Shown: in pieces, positions 1 to 10,926 of the stretch | How positions within the stretch are numbered: position 1 is the stretch's first letter | Layout of the letters: each line of letters starts with the position of its first letter | Assembly (NCBI GenBank): GCA_963667175.2 | Contig: CAXXXF010000013.1 | Coordinates: 160,001-224,000, forward strand | Length of the DNA: 64,000 bases | Reading direction: 5' to 3' | Origin: Candidatus Latescibacterota bacterium | Lineage (GTDB): Bacteria; Latescibacterota; UBA2968; GCA-2709665 | Program-made: the position numbers and the translations under genes | Notes under the pieces: generated by a model | What the model saw: the letters and a program-made list of their open reading frames with translations, nothing else | Told to the model about the DNA's origin: nothing | Databases searched by the model: none

Positions 1-153
1 CAGATTCTGGCCGGCTCGGATCCGATGACCGCGATCAAGTATCAGATCATCGTGATGCTGATGATTGTCGCCGCCACCGCCATCGGTTCCGTGATCGTCG
101 TGCACGTCGTCCGGCGCCGCTGCTTTACGCGGGCGCACCAGCTGTCCATATAA
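1..153 (+). CDS. 3' end of UPF0014/FetB-like ABC transporter permease (partial)
   Basis: Frame 1 reads QILAGSDPMTAIKYQIIVMLMIVAATAIGSV...HQLSI*, resembling the FetB/YbbM C-terminal motif (ILAGxxPxxAxxYQ). Confidence 0.7.
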   Translation, partial: QILAGSDPMTAIKYQIIVMLMIVAATAIGSVIVVHVVRRRCFTRAHQLSI

Positions 154-158
154 ATCGG

Positions 159-944
159 CTAGACCGTCTCTCCCGATCCTCCGTCGATATTGATTGCCGC
201 GCCGGTAATGAAGGCTCCCCGGTCCGACACCAGAAACGCGACCAGATCGGCCACCTCGCCGGGTTCGCCCATCCGTCCAAGGGGGACGTCCTTTCCGAGT
301 TCTTCGCACCAGGCATCGAAACCCAGGTCGCTGCCGGACGCCGTCCACGCCCGCTGCGCCTGCGCGGACCTGATGTTCGTCAGACATACCGTGTTCACCC
401 GGATCATATGTTGCGCCAGATCCTTGGACATGGCTTTGGTCAACGCGATACCGGCGGCCCGGCTCACCGACGTGGGCACGGAGCCCGGTCCGGGCGCCTT
501 GCCTCCCGGATGCGTGATATTCACAATGCTGCCCCCGCCGCGGGCCTTCATATGCGGAACGGTCAGTTTCGAGCCGCGTACCGCGGCCCAGAACTTCAGA
601 TCGAAGTCCGCCAGCCAGACCGACTCGGCCGCGTCCTCGAAGTGATGGCCTTCCGAACGCCCCGCGTTGTTCACGAGAATGTCGACGCCGCCGAATTCGG
701 AAACCGCAGCGTCCACAAACCGCTCCAGGTCCGCCGCTCGCGTCACGTCCGCCGGCAACGCAAGCACCTCCGCGCCGCATTCCGACCTGATGGCCCGTGC
801 CGCGCTGGCGAGGACGTCCTCACGCCGCGCGCACACGGCAACCCTGCACCCCTCCCCGGCCAACTTGCGGGCGATTCCTTCTCCAATGCCCTCGCTGCCC
901 CCCGTCACCAGCGCTACCCTGCCCGACAGATTCAATTCCAGCAT
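159..944 (-). CDS. SDR family oxidoreductase
   Basis: TGGSEGIG Rossmann motif, LVNNAG, C-terminal ITGAAINIDGG; start MLELNLSG after GGAAGGAGG RBS. Confidence 0.9.
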   Translation of the reverse strand: MLELNLSGRVALVTGGSEGIGEGIARKLAGEGCRVAVCARREDVLASAARAIRSECGAEVLALPADVTRAADLERFVDAAVSEFGGVDILVNNAGRSEGHHFEDAAESVWLADFDLKFWAAVRGSKLTVPHMKARGGGSIVNITHPGGKAPGPGSVPTSVSRAAGIALTKAMSKDLAQHMIRVNTVCLTNIRSAQAQRAWTASGSDLGFDAWCEELGKDVPLGRMGEPGEVADLVAFLVSDRGAFITGAAINIDGGSGETV

Positions 945-1061
945 CTCGATTCCTCCTTCCCTGCCAACCCATGTTGAGGTTCCCCACGCACGCGGATCCG
1001 GTCCCCGCGGCCTCAAACGCGTATAGACGTCGCTGGAAGCACAGCATTCAGCCCGTGACGT

Positions 1062-1700
1062 TCAGCCTGCGGCCCAGCGCACGCCCTGGCAGAGCATCGC
1101 CTGAACCGGAGGCCTCGCGAACGTCCCCGGCCCGTGGCCGAGCGCCGTGTAGAAGACCCGCCCCGATCCGTACGCTTTCACCCAGGCAACGGGAAACGTC
1201 CCGCCATGCCATTGCGCGGAGGCGAGAATCCGCAGTTGAGGCTCATACGCCGATAGGTAGATTTCATCGTCCACCTCAAAATCATCGATACCTTCCATCG
1301 CGGGGTGAGCCTCATCTTCCACCCGTACGGTGAACGTCAAACCGGGCGGGTGCCAATTGGCATGCCCGCCCAGCAGATCCGCCGCGCGTCCGCCGATCCA
1401 CCAGCCCGATCCGTGAATTCCAACCAGGCCCTTGCCACTCGAAACGAACTCGAAGAGACCGTCCTCCTGCGCGGCGGTCAGGTCCGGCTCGCGCGCGATC
1501 GAACCGTCCTCCCGTTTTACCGTCCGGGTGAAACCCGTTCCGAACACGCAGACGTCGTACGGTTCCATCCCGCCCGCCAGCAGGTCCTTGTCTGCGCTCA
1601 AGTCCACCGAAATATCGGGTTGGGCATCCAGAAAGCCGCGGATCAAGCCGGCGCTCTGATCGAACCCATGGTTCGTTCCCGAAAGTACCAATGCGTTCAT
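1062..1700 (-). CDS. ThuA-like domain protein
   Basis: GKGLVGIH, DEIY, PVAWVKAYGSGRVFYTALGH motifs. Confidence 0.85.
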   Translation of the reverse strand: MNALVLSGTNHGFDQSAGLIRGFLDAQPDISVDLSADKDLLAGGMEPYDVCVFGTGFTRTVKREDGSIAREPDLTAAQEDGLFEFVSSGKGLVGIHGSGWWIGGRAADLLGGHANWHPPGLTFTVRVEDEAHPAMEGIDDFEVDDEIYLSAYEPQLRILASAQWHGGTFPVAWVKAYGSGRVFYTALGHGPGTFARPPVQAMLCQGVRWAAG

Positions 1701-2113
1701 CGCAATCCCTCCTGTCAGTCCGTTGAAAACCTGTCCCCTGGAATCCACGTACGCGCGCGATACCGGCGTCCATCCCGGAGGCATGTCGCACGTTGAGAAA
1801 TCCGTCTGTTCAGGCTGTAGGCAGCGGTCTGTAATCGGACCGCCTCGGGAGGGCGCGGCGCCAGCGGAGACGTGCGTCCACGTCCGGCGGCTACTGCCTC
1901 CGGCTGAACCTGACGGATTTCTTATCTAGTTGATTTTATTCATCTTCAATCCAGTATCCTCACGTCGTTCAAAACATGCATTGTGAGAATTCCGATGTCA
2001 ACGGTTTTTCTCGGCGTCGGCGTCGGGAGAACGCGCCCCTTGATTCGGGTTCTCATATCCCCTAAATTCAACAGAGATTTCGAGGTGGGCATTCTCCCGC
2101 ATGGAGCGGTGTT

Positions 2114-3133
2114 ATGGCCGTTCGGCCGCTTAGCGAAGCCATTCTGAATTATATGGTCTCCTGGACCCGGTTGGACTGGCCGCCGGACTGGAGTGCGATC
2201 TTCGGCCGTTCGGGGCTGCTGGTCGTGGAGATCGGCTTCGGCACCGGAGAGTTCCTGGTCGATCGGGCCCTCGCGTGTCCGGAGTTGGACTTCGTAGGCA
2301 TCGAGCGGTCATGGGTGTCCGTTCAGAGGTTGTTCAGGCGGATGGACCGGGAAAGGACGAAGAACGTGCGCGTGGTTCACGGCGGAGCGGAATTTGCGTT
2401 CGAACGCCTCTTCCCGGTGGATAGCGTCGCAGAGGCCTATATCAACTTCCCGGATCCCTGGCCGAAGGAGCGGCATCACGGCAGGCGCCTCATTCAGCCG
2501 GCATTCGTCAAGGCGCTGGCGGAACGTCTGTCTCCGGGCGGCGAGGTGACCGTGGCGACGGACCATGGGGAATACGCGTCGTGGATTGCAGAGGTGCTGG
2601 AAGGTCAGCCGCTTCTGCGATCCGTCTATCCGTCCGCATCGGCGCCGGGGCTGCGGGGGCGGAATCCCACCAAATACGAACGGAAGGCCCTGGATGCCGG
2701 GGCGCCCGTCAGTTATTTCGTCTGGCGGCGAGATGCCCGCGCGACCCTCCCGAAGCCCGTTGAAAAGGTCGGAACGATGCCGAATATGTTGCTGGAAGGG
2801 AAGTACGACCGTGCCCGATTACCGGCGGACTTTAAGCCCTGTTCGTGGCAGACGAACCACCACGGCGTAACCGTGGTGATCAAGCTGGTGGCCGTGTACA
2901 CCGACACAGACGGGGACTGTCTGGTGGAGACGATGGTGAAGGAGGGCGCGTTCTCCCAGCACTTCGGCGTTCTGGTTCTGGCGCGCCCCGGAAACCGGGT
3001 GCTGGTCAAATTGTCCCCGATCGGGCAGCCGCGGCCCACCTGGGGGGTGAAGCAGGCGGTGGGCAGGGTAGGAGAACTGGTCCTGGCGAAATGCTCCGGC
3101 CTGAGGGTGGCGGAAAGCGCGGTGGGGCGATAG
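2114..3133 (+). CDS. trmB: tRNA (guanine-N7)-methyltransferase with C-terminal extension
   Basis: VEIGFGTGEF, NFPDPWPKERH, ATD and TKYE motifs. Confidence 0.9.
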   Translation: MAVRPLSEAILNYMVSWTRLDWPPDWSAIFGRSGLLVVEIGFGTGEFLVDRALACPELDFVGIERSWVSVQRLFRRMDRERTKNVRVVHGGAEFAFERLFPVDSVAEAYINFPDPWPKERHHGRRLIQPAFVKALAERLSPGGEVTVATDHGEYASWIAEVLEGQPLLRSVYPSASAPGLRGRNPTKYERKALDAGAPVSYFVWRRDARATLPKPVEKVGTMPNMLLEGKYDRARLPADFKPCSWQTNHHGVTVVIKLVAVYTDTDGDCLVETMVKEGAFSQHFGVLVLARPGNRVLVKLSPIGQPRPTWGVKQAVGRVGELVLAKCSGLRVAESAVGR

Positions 3134-3180
3134 GCGCCTTACAGGGTCGGGTCGTTTCGTCCAGTTTTCTGACACGGCAA

Positions 3181-4239
3181 TCAGGCAAAGACGATCTGCG
3201 CGGCGCCATCCAGCGGTCTGGCGGTCCCGATGACGCGGGCGCCGGCCTCCCCGGCGTCGTTCAGGGCGGACAGGAGACCCGGGGCCTGATCGGCCGGAAC
3301 CGAGACCAGCAGACCTCCGCTGGTCTGGGGATCGACGAATATCTCTTTTTGACGTTCAGGCAGGGCCGCGTCGAATCGGGCCGCGCCTTTTATGAGTTCC
3401 CTGTTCGCGGCGTTGGCACCGGTGCCCACGCCCTTAACGTACATCTGGATGGCTTCCGGCATTACCGGGACGTCGGCGGTTGAGATCTCCAGGGTGAGGC
3501 CCGAACCCCTGGCGATTTCCAGGGCGTGGCCGGCCAGTCCGAAGCCGGTGACGTCGGTAGCGGCGTGAACGTCGAAGCCGGCCATGACACAAGCCGCGGT
3601 CTTGTTCAGGGCGGCCGTGGTGTTGAGGCATGCCCGCATCGCCGCATCCGTGACCCATCCTTTGAGATTTGCATTGAAGAGAACGCCGCTGCCGACGGGT
3701 TTGGTCAGGATGAGCGCGTCTCCCGGACGGGCGCCGGCGTTGTGCCAGTATTTATCGGGGTGCACGACCCCGGTTACGGAAAGGCCGAATTTGGGTTCCT
3801 CGTCGTCGGTGGTGTGCCCCCCCGCCAGCACGGCGCCGGCTTCCGTGATTTTGTTGAGCGCCCCCTCGACGATGCCCTCCAGTACCTCCGGCCCCAGGTT
3901 CCGGGATGGAAATCCGATGAGGTTCAGGCACGCGACGGGCCGTCCACCCATCGCGTAGACGTCGCTGAGGGCGTTGGCCGCGCCGATCTGACCGAACAGG
4001 TACGGATCGTCCACCGGCGGCGTGATGAAGTCCGCCGTAAGCACGAGCGCCGTCTCATTGTCTATACGGTAGACACCGGCGTCGTCGCTGGTCTGAAATC
4101 CCACCAACAGGTTCGGATCGACGTTTTGAGGCAGGCGGTCCAGAAGTTGCTTCAGTCCGACCGGACTGACTTTGGCCGCTCAGCCGCAGGTCCGCGCAAG
4201 CCCTGTAAGGGTGTGTTTTTTTCTGAAGAGAGAAGACAC
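3181..4239 (-). CDS. selD: Selenide, water dikinase (selenophosphate synthetase), selenocysteine-containing
   Basis: The tracked ORF extends upstream through an in-frame TGA (4182-4180) giving ...LARTCG-U-AAKVSP...; DDAGVY, DFITP, ANALSDVYAMGG, TDVTGFGL, DPQTSGGLL. GTG start 4239 follows AGGAG (alternative ATG 4257). Confidence 0.92.
4152..4169 (-). promoter_or_regulatory. Bacterial SECIS element for selD UGA recoding
   Basis: UCAGUCC-GGUC-GGACUGA perfect 7-bp stem with G-starting loop, loop 17 nt 3' of the UGA. Confidence 0.75.
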
Positions 4240-4384
4240 CAGGACGTCTCCTGACATTTACGCGCATTGCGAACGATGGTGAATTAGATACGGGAAAAGA
4301 GTCCCGATTGCAACCCCATTCCAACGGCGAACGCCTGCCGGATCCTCGGACCGGTTCGGCCCGTCCTCCCCGCTATGGTTCCTG

Positions 4385-5095
4385 ATGAAAGTTCAAATTG
4401 ACACGACGCCCGCGCTCTCGTTCGATAGCGTTTCCAGGGCGTACGACGCTGGAAGCGGGCTGCGTTACGCGCTGCGCGACGTGTCCTTCGACGTCGAGCC
4501 CGGCCGAAGGGTGGCCGTGGTCGGGCGCAGCGGCAGCGGGAAATCGACCCTGCTGCACCTTGCGGCGGGTATTGACGTTCCCACCGAGGGGGTGGTGCGG
4601 GTGCGACAACGGGACCTGAGCGCGTTGTCTGAAGAAGCGCGAACGATGGTGAGACGAGACGAGATCGGCCTTATCTTTCAATTTTTCTATCTGATGCCGC
4701 ACCTGCCGGTTGCCGAGAACGTCGCGTTGCCCGCGATGATCGCCGGGGAGAAGCCGCGAACGTACCGCCCGCGGGTTCGTGAACTGCTGGAGCGCGTGGA
4801 ACTGGCTGACCGGGCGCTGGACCCGGTGCAGAAGCTGTCCGGCGGCGAACAGCAGCGGGTGGCCATCTGCCGGGCGTTGTTGCGCCGGCCCGGTTTGTTG
4901 CTGGCCGATGAGCCGACGGGCAATCTGGACGACGAAAACGGCCGGCGGGTCATGAACCTGATGATGGATCTGGTTGAGAATGAGGGCGCGACGCTGGTGT
5001 ACGTGACCCACAGCCGGGAGTTCGCCTCGCTGGCCGATGAGGTCTGGGAGCTGCACAGCGGCAAGATCGGTCTTCCGCCGCGCCGCTCCGCGTGA
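4385..5095 (+). CDS. ABC transporter ATP-binding protein (LolD/MacB-like)
   Basis: GRSGSGKST Walker A, LSGGEQQRVAI signature, LLADEPTGNLD. Confidence 0.93.
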   Translation: MKVQIDTTPALSFDSVSRAYDAGSGLRYALRDVSFDVEPGRRVAVVGRSGSGKSTLLHLAAGIDVPTEGVVRVRQRDLSALSEEARTMVRRDEIGLIFQFFYLMPHLPVAENVALPAMIAGEKPRTYRPRVRELLERVELADRALDPVQKLSGGEQQRVAICRALLRRPGLLLADEPTGNLDDENGRRVMNLMMDLVENEGATLVYVTHSREFASLADEVWELHSGKIGLPPRRSA

Positions 5096-5102
5096 CCCGC
5101 CC

Positions 5103-7685
5103 GTGGCCGCGTTCCGGGTTGCACTGCTTCCTCTGGACATCAGGGCACATCTTTTGGTCCGATATTTTACACATTCGCTGGGCGCGCAACTTCGCTCGGG
5201 AGGCAGTCTTTACCTGCTGACGGTATTCGGGGTGGCGCTGGGCGTTGCGTCGGTGCTCTCTATCCAGATCGTGAATTACAACGCACTGGCCGCCTTCGAG
5301 GGGACGGTGCGAGCCGTCAGCGGGGAGGCCGAAATAAGCGTTTTTGGAAAAACGCCGGCGTTTCCGGAGCGACATTACGCAGAGGTGCTGTCCGTGGATG
5401 GGGTGGCGGCGGCCTGGCCGCTCTATCGGGTGGACGTGGCGCTGGCGGATCGCGACAGGTTCTATCTGGAGGTGTTGGGGGTCGACTTCTTTACGCCCAT
5501 GCGGATCCCGTGGCGCGGCGACCCGGACGACGTCTCGGCGGCGCTTGCGGGAGATGGATGGAGCGCGGTTACGCCGGCCCTTGCAGCGCGGTTCGGCTGG
5601 GCCGTGGGCGACACGTTCGAAGTTCACAGCGGGGTTCGACGGGTGCGGTTGCGCGTAGGAGCGATGGTGGACTTTCAGGAGTTGAGCCCGCTGGCCAGCC
5701 GGAAGCTGGTGGTGATGGATATTGCGCAGGCGCAGGCGCTGATGGGTCGGCGAGGCGAACTCCATCAGATCGACGTGCGTACGGCTCGCGGCACGGACGC
5801 CGAAGGGGTCCGGAGACGATTGCAGGACCGGCTCGGTCCCGGGATGCGGGTTGTTACGCCCGGGCAGCGTTCGGAGCAAGCGGAAGGACTGCTTTCGGCG
5901 TTTCGGCTGAACCTGTCCGCGATGAGTCTGATCAGCCTGTTTGTGGGGCTGTTTCTCGTCTACAGCAGCACGCAGGCGGGGCTGATACGGCGGCGGATGG
6001 AATTCGGGCTGCTGCGATCTCTGGGCGCGACGCGGACTCAGGTCCTGGCGCTGATCCTCGGGGAGGTGGCGCTTCTGGGAGCGCTGGGGGTCGTGCTTGG
6101 CCTGCCGCTGGGTTACTGGGCCGCAGATGCGAACCTCGAGGTCGTGAGCGCGACGCTTACGAATCTGTACCTGCTGGAGGAGATTTCATCCCTGGCGCTG
6201 CCGCGCTGGCTGTACGGGTTGGGCGCCGCGATTGGAATGGGCGGCGCCCTGGCGGGCGCGCTGGCGCCCGCGCTGGATATGAGCCGGCGGGATACGCGCG
6301 CTTTGCTTTCGGCGGTTCCGCTTCAGGAGCGGACGGAATCGCTGGTGTTCCGTCTTTTTGCAGCGGGCGCGGGCATTCTGGCAGCGACGGGCCTCTGGTA
6401 CCTGGGATGGGGGCGTGAATGGAAACACGCGGGGTTCGTACTCTGCGTGGCGCTCCTGATCGGGCTGCCGTTGTGCGCGCCGTTTGCCATCCGCCAGGTG
6501 TGCGGACGGGTGCGTGTAAGGGGATTCGGGCCGGGGTACAGTCTGAGAGGGCTGAGCGTCCGGATCCGCACGGCGTCGTTCGCGGTGGCGTCGTTGGCCA
6601 TTGCCGTAAGCATGCTGGTTGGCATCACGCTGATGATCGGGAGTTTCCGCCGGACCATGGAGGTGTGGGTCAACGCGTCAATCCGGGCGGACGTGTACAT
6701 TTCGCCCGCGTCGTGGCGGGGGCGCGGAACCGCGGGTACCCTGGAGGATGAGCTGGTCGAGGCCCTGGCGAGTCATCCGGGGGTGGCGGCGGTGGACCGC
6801 CTCCGCGGATTCCCTGCGTGGTCCGGCGACCGTCAGATCGGACTGGCGGGCGTGGACATGCAGCTCCCCGGGGGCGAGGTGCGTTTTCCACTTCTGGATG
6901 GGAACGTGGATGAAGCGTTTCGGCGGGTACGTGAGGACGGGGCGGTTCTCGTCGGCGAAACGCTGGCCCGGGGGGTCAACAAATGGACCGGTGACGAAAT
7001 CGCGATTGCCGGGCCGGAAGGGGAGGTCCGGTTTTCCGTGGCGGGCGTGTATTACGACTACCATACCGGCGGCGGCGCGGTCGTCATGGATCTGACAACC
7101 CTTGAGGCCTTCATCGGCCCGGGACCGGTCAACGGAGCGGCGCTATACCTGAAATCAGGCTGGGACGGAAATGCCGTCGTCGAGAGCCTTGAGGCCCGGT
7201 TTTCAGAGGCGCCGCTTCAGATTCGCAGCAATCGCCGGCTCAGAGACGAAGTGTTCCGGATATTCGACCAGACGTTTCTGGTCACACGCGTTCTGCAGGG
7301 CATGAGTCTGCTGATCGCCGTGTGCGGGATTATGTTGATGCTGCTGGTGCTCGTGCGCGAGCAGGTGACCGAATTGGCGTTGTATCGCGCGGTGGGCGCG
7401 AGGCGCGGGCAGGTTTTCGGGGTGTTCCTGGGCCAGGGGTTGGGATTTGGATTGCTGGGTTTGGGGCTGGGACTTGTGGGGGCCGTCCTGCTGGCCGGGG
7501 TTCTGGTTTTCGAGATCAACCGGGCGTATTTCGGATGGACCATACAGGTTTACTGGCCGTGGGGACCTGTCCTTCAGCAGGTGGCGGCCATCCTTGGCGC
7601 GGCCCTCCTGGCGAGTCTCTATCCGGCGATGCGCGCGAGCCGTACACCGGCTGCCGAGTTGGGCCGGGACGACCTGATGGCGTGA
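5103..7685 (+). CDS. FtsX/MacB-like ABC transporter permease (AttF/G-like)
   Basis: Two MacB-like periplasmic + FtsX TM repeats (RRMEFGLLRSLGAT; ELALYRAVGA), INRAYFGWTI motif; start approximate. Confidence 0.85.
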   Translation: MAAFRVALLPLDIRAHLLVRYFTHSLGAQLRSGGSLYLLTVFGVALGVASVLSIQIVNYNALAAFEGTVRAVSGEAEISVFGKTPAFPERHYAEVLSVDGVAAAWPLYRVDVALADRDRFYLEVLGVDFFTPMRIPWRGDPDDVSAALAGDGWSAVTPALAARFGWAVGDTFEVHSGVRRVRLRVGAMVDFQELSPLASRKLVVMDIAQAQALMGRRGELHQIDVRTARGTDAEGVRRRLQDRLGPGMRVVTPGQRSEQAEGLLSAFRLNLSAMSLISLFVGLFLVYSSTQAGLIRRRMEFGLLRSLGATRTQVLALILGEVALLGALGVVLGLPLGYWAADANLEVVSATLTNLYLLEEISSLALPRWLYGLGAAIGMGGALAGALAPALDMSRRDTRALLSAVPLQERTESLVFRLFAAGAGILAATGLWYLGWGREWKHAGFVLCVALLIGLPLCAPFAIRQVCGRVRVRGFGPGYSLRGLSVRIRTASFAVASLAIAVSMLVGITLMIGSFRRTMEVWVNASIRADVYISPASWRGRGTAGTLEDELVEALASHPGVAAVDRLRGFPAWSGDRQIGLAGVDMQLPGGEVRFPLLDGNVDEAFRRVREDGAVLVGETLARGVNKWTGDEIAIAGPEGEVRFSVAGVYYDYHTGGGAVVMDLTTLEAFIGPGPVNGAALYLKSGWDGNAVVESLEARFSEAPLQIRSNRRLRDEVFRIFDQTFLVTRVLQGMSLLIAVCGIMLMLLVLVREQVTELALYRAVGARRGQVFGVFLGQGLGFGLLGLGLGLVGAVLLAGVLVFEINRAYFGWTIQVYWPWGPVLQQVAAILGAALLASLYPAMRASRTPAAELGRDDLMA

Positions 7686-7846
7686 ATCGCAGCGCGCCTC
7701 GGATTCTGTTTGCCAGCGGAAATACGAAGAGGGATATTTCCAACGTCGCGATTCAGTCGCCGTGTAGCGAATACATCACGCGGCGGCGGTTCAGGAAGAC
7801 AATCGGCGCACCATTTTCATAGCCGACACTAAACCGGGAGGACCCG

Positions 7847-9106
7847 ATGAATCTTCATTCGATTTTGCAGACCGTCGCTATCGGCCTGCTCGTACTGGCG
7901 TTCGGGGCATTTGTAACCCTTCTGCTTTTCCCCGGCGCCGGGATGCAGATATCCAGACTGCTTGGATTGTATCAGAAGGCCCAGGCGCTTCAGTTCCTGG
8001 GAATCGGCGTTGCGGGTATCCTGGTCGCCTTGAACGCACTGACGTCCTACAGGCGCGCCAGAGCAATGGAGGGGGTCGCAAAGGAACTGGCCGTCGCGTC
8101 GCGCGAACAGGCCCGGGCCGCAACGGAGCAGGCGCGAGCCACCTGCGACGCTGAACTCGGACGGCGGCAGGAACGCCTGCACCAGGGCGTGGAACACCTC
8201 GGGCACGAGTCGGTGGCGGTGCGGCTGGGCGGCGCCTACGAACTCTTCCACCTCGCCGAGGACACTGCGACGCTGCGCCAGACCGTGCTGGACATTCTCT
8301 GCTCACATATCCGCCGCACGACAAACCAGGACACGTACCGGAGTAGGCAGAGGTCAAACCCTTCGGAAGAGGTCCAGAGCCTGCTGACCCTGCTGTTCAC
8401 GTCGCGTCAAGTGATCTGTCAAGGTCTTCGGATCGACCTGCAGGGAAGCTGGCTGAACGGAGCCACGCTTTGCGCCGCGTACCTTTGCGGCGCCAATCTT
8501 TCGGAGGCGAGGCTGAAGGGCGCGGACCTGGTCGGCGCGCAACTCCAGGGCGCCGACCTGTCGTGGGCGCGCCTGCAGGCGTCCGGTCTTACCTGGGCGA
8601 AGTTACAGGGCGCGGACCTGGTTGGGGCGCGACTCGATGCCGCGAGCCTTTCCAGGGCAAATCTCCACGGGGCCGATCTTGCCCGTTCGACGTTGCGCGG
8701 CGCCGTACTATCCCGTACGCATCTCCAGGGCGCGTTTATTGTGGGGGCGAATCTGCAGGGCGCGGACCTCACGGAGGCGCAGTTCCAGGGCGTGAGGAGT
8801 CACGTGGATTACCCCGAATCCTTCGCCCAGCGCGTCACGCAGTCCATCGGCGAAGAGACCGACCTGAGCGGGGCGATTTTCGGAGGCGGATTGAAACCGA
8901 CGGACGTGGAGTCCATTCTTGGCGGGATGTACAGCGACGCGGCAGACGACCTGCGGGAAAAGCTGACGCCCCACGTCGACAAGAGCGTCACGTACGAACT
9001 TCCGGAACACAGCGGCGCGGTCACAGGCGCCTACACGGAAGAAGAAGCCAAAAAGTGGATCGCGGAATACGAGGAGGCCGTGGGGGAGTCGGAGGAAGAA
9101 GGATGA
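7847..9106 (+). CDS. Membrane-anchored pentapeptide repeat protein (paralogue 1)
   Basis: Two N-terminal TM segments, VRLGGAYEL domain, tandem A(D/N)Lxx repeats. Confidence 0.9.
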   Translation: MNLHSILQTVAIGLLVLAFGAFVTLLLFPGAGMQISRLLGLYQKAQALQFLGIGVAGILVALNALTSYRRARAMEGVAKELAVASREQARAATEQARATCDAELGRRQERLHQGVEHLGHESVAVRLGGAYELFHLAEDTATLRQTVLDILCSHIRRTTNQDTYRSRQRSNPSEEVQSLLTLLFTSRQVICQGLRIDLQGSWLNGATLCAAYLCGANLSEARLKGADLVGAQLQGADLSWARLQASGLTWAKLQGADLVGARLDAASLSRANLHGADLARSTLRGAVLSRTHLQGAFIVGANLQGADLTEAQFQGVRSHVDYPESFAQRVTQSIGEETDLSGAIFGGGLKPTDVESILGGMYSDAADDLREKLTPHVDKSVTYELPEHSGAVTGAYTEEEAKKWIAEYEEAVGESEEEG

Positions 9107-9270
9107 TGGCAGATCGAACTCAGCTGGGCCAGGAAATCGAGACCGCACTTGGGGAAGTGCTCGCCCACGTTCGTGGCGAAACAGATCTTCCGTGCCGAAT
9201 CGTGGATGACCCTACCGCGGAACGGATTCGCGCCCTTCGCAACGGAACGCGGGCAGATCATTCGCATTGA
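9103..9270 (+). pseudogene. Truncated HigA/XRE-type antitoxin-like regulator (N-terminus only)
   Basis: MMADRTQLGQEIETALGEVLAHVRGE...ERIRALRN resembles the start of XRE antitoxins but ends before an HTH; ATGA-coupled to upstream gene. Confidence 0.55.
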
Positions 9271-9315
9271 AGCGCTATAACACAACCCGCTTCATTACGT
9301 TTCGGGAAATTCACG

Positions 9316-10824
9316 GTGAGACTTCCTTCTCAAATCAAAGAGAATCCTCTTCTGAGCTTTCTTGTTTTCCTGCTCGTCCTGGGTTTCGGGACATTCATGG
9401 GTGTCCTGTTTTGCGATGGTTTTCAAAAGTACGTTTCTTCGCGGCTTGACATATGGGAGAAATCCGAGGTTCTCCAATTTATCGGATTTGCCATGGGCGG
9501 AATCCTGATCGCCGTGCAAGCCCTGATGTCATACAAGCGCGCCACGGCATTGGAGGATACCGCGAGAGCCCAGGCCGATGCGGCGAACGCACAAGCGGAT
9601 GCGGCGAACACGCAGGCCAGAGCCACGGAGGAGCAGGCAAAAGCCAACCAGCACACCGAGCAAGGACAGCGACAGGAACGCCTGAAAAACGCCATCGAAC
9701 ACCTGGGGCATGAATCGGATTCCGTGCGACTGGGAGGTGCATACGAACTGTTCCATCTGGCGGAAGACACGAAATCGATGTGTCAGACGGTACTGGACAT
9801 TCTCTGCGCTCACATCCGGCGGACGACAGGCGAAAGGAAGTATCGGGAAGAGTACAAGTCTAATCCGTCGGAAGAAATCCAGAGCATTCTGAGCATGTTG
9901 TTTGTTCAGGAGCATGATGTATTTGAAGATTTGCCGATAGACTTGAGGGGAAGTTGGCTAACAGGGGCTGAGCTTCGGAACGCACGATTAAGAGCGGCTA
10001 TTCTACGAGAAGTGAATTTGCAAAAGGCCGATCTTATCGGTGCCCACTTGGAAAGGGCTGTTTTGGCGAGGGCGCAGTTGCAAGGGGCGATTCTTCAAGG
10101 TGCACACATGCAGGAAGCAAAGCTTCATAGTGCAACTCTGATCGGGGCGAACTTCAATGATGTAAATCTGCAAGGCGCAACCCTGGCGGATGCGCATCTC
10201 GAACGGACAGACCTTCGGATGGTACATTTGGAAGCAGCGGATTTTGACGGTGCATTCTTGACGGGGTCTAACCTCAGCCATGCGTACATGCAAGAAGCCC
10301 TGCTTTCCGGTGCGGACCTAAAAGGTGCGAATTTACAGGGTGCACGCCTTCACGGAACACATCTTAATGACGCACACCTGCAAGGGGCAAACCTCCGACA
10401 CGCGCGGCTTTACGGGGCTCATCTCAACGGCGCACACCTACAAGGGGCATGTGTTTCAGAAGCTCATTTTAATTATGCCGTTCTTGACAGAGCAGACCTT
10501 CGTGGCGTCAGATGCAAGGGGTGTTTACCTGCTATATTCGCGCAACGAATAATGCAGGTAGTAGACAGCGAAAGTGATTTGTCGACAGCAATATTCGCCG
10601 GTGGGTTAACGAACGAGGATTTGGATTCCATTGGAGAAGGTGTGTTCAGCGAATCAGCAAATGCGCTGCGTGAAGTGTTGGCATCTCATATTTGTCAACC
10701 AATACGTCATAGCCCACTGAAGGATAGCGGCACGATTACCGGTTCCTACACACAAGAAGAAGCCGAGAAATGGATCGCGGAATACCAGGAGGCGACGGCG
10801 GCGGAGTCGGAGGAGGATGGCTGA
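9316..10824 (+). CDS. Membrane-anchored pentapeptide repeat protein (paralogue 2)
   Basis: Same architecture as 7847-9106 (RQERL..EHLGHES.SVRLGGAYELFHLAEDT, NPSEE, EEAEKWIAEY) with a longer repeat tract. Confidence 0.9.
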   Translation: MRLPSQIKENPLLSFLVFLLVLGFGTFMGVLFCDGFQKYVSSRLDIWEKSEVLQFIGFAMGGILIAVQALMSYKRATALEDTARAQADAANAQADAANTQARATEEQAKANQHTEQGQRQERLKNAIEHLGHESDSVRLGGAYELFHLAEDTKSMCQTVLDILCAHIRRTTGERKYREEYKSNPSEEIQSILSMLFVQEHDVFEDLPIDLRGSWLTGAELRNARLRAAILREVNLQKADLIGAHLERAVLARAQLQGAILQGAHMQEAKLHSATLIGANFNDVNLQGATLADAHLERTDLRMVHLEAADFDGAFLTGSNLSHAYMQEALLSGADLKGANLQGARLHGTHLNDAHLQGANLRHARLYGAHLNGAHLQGACVSEAHFNYAVLDRADLRGVRCKGCLPAIFAQRIMQVVDSESDLSTAIFAGGLTNEDLDSIGEGVFSESANALREVLASHICQPIRHSPLKDSGTITGSYTQEEAEKWIAEYQEATAAESEEDG

Positions 10825-10926
10825 GACGAGACGCCGTCACCATAGTCGTAGGGTTTTTGGCAGAGGAGACGGCAGGCAGGACCGCGGCGTTTTTTCAAGG
10901 AAACTGAAACGAACGAGGATAGAGGA

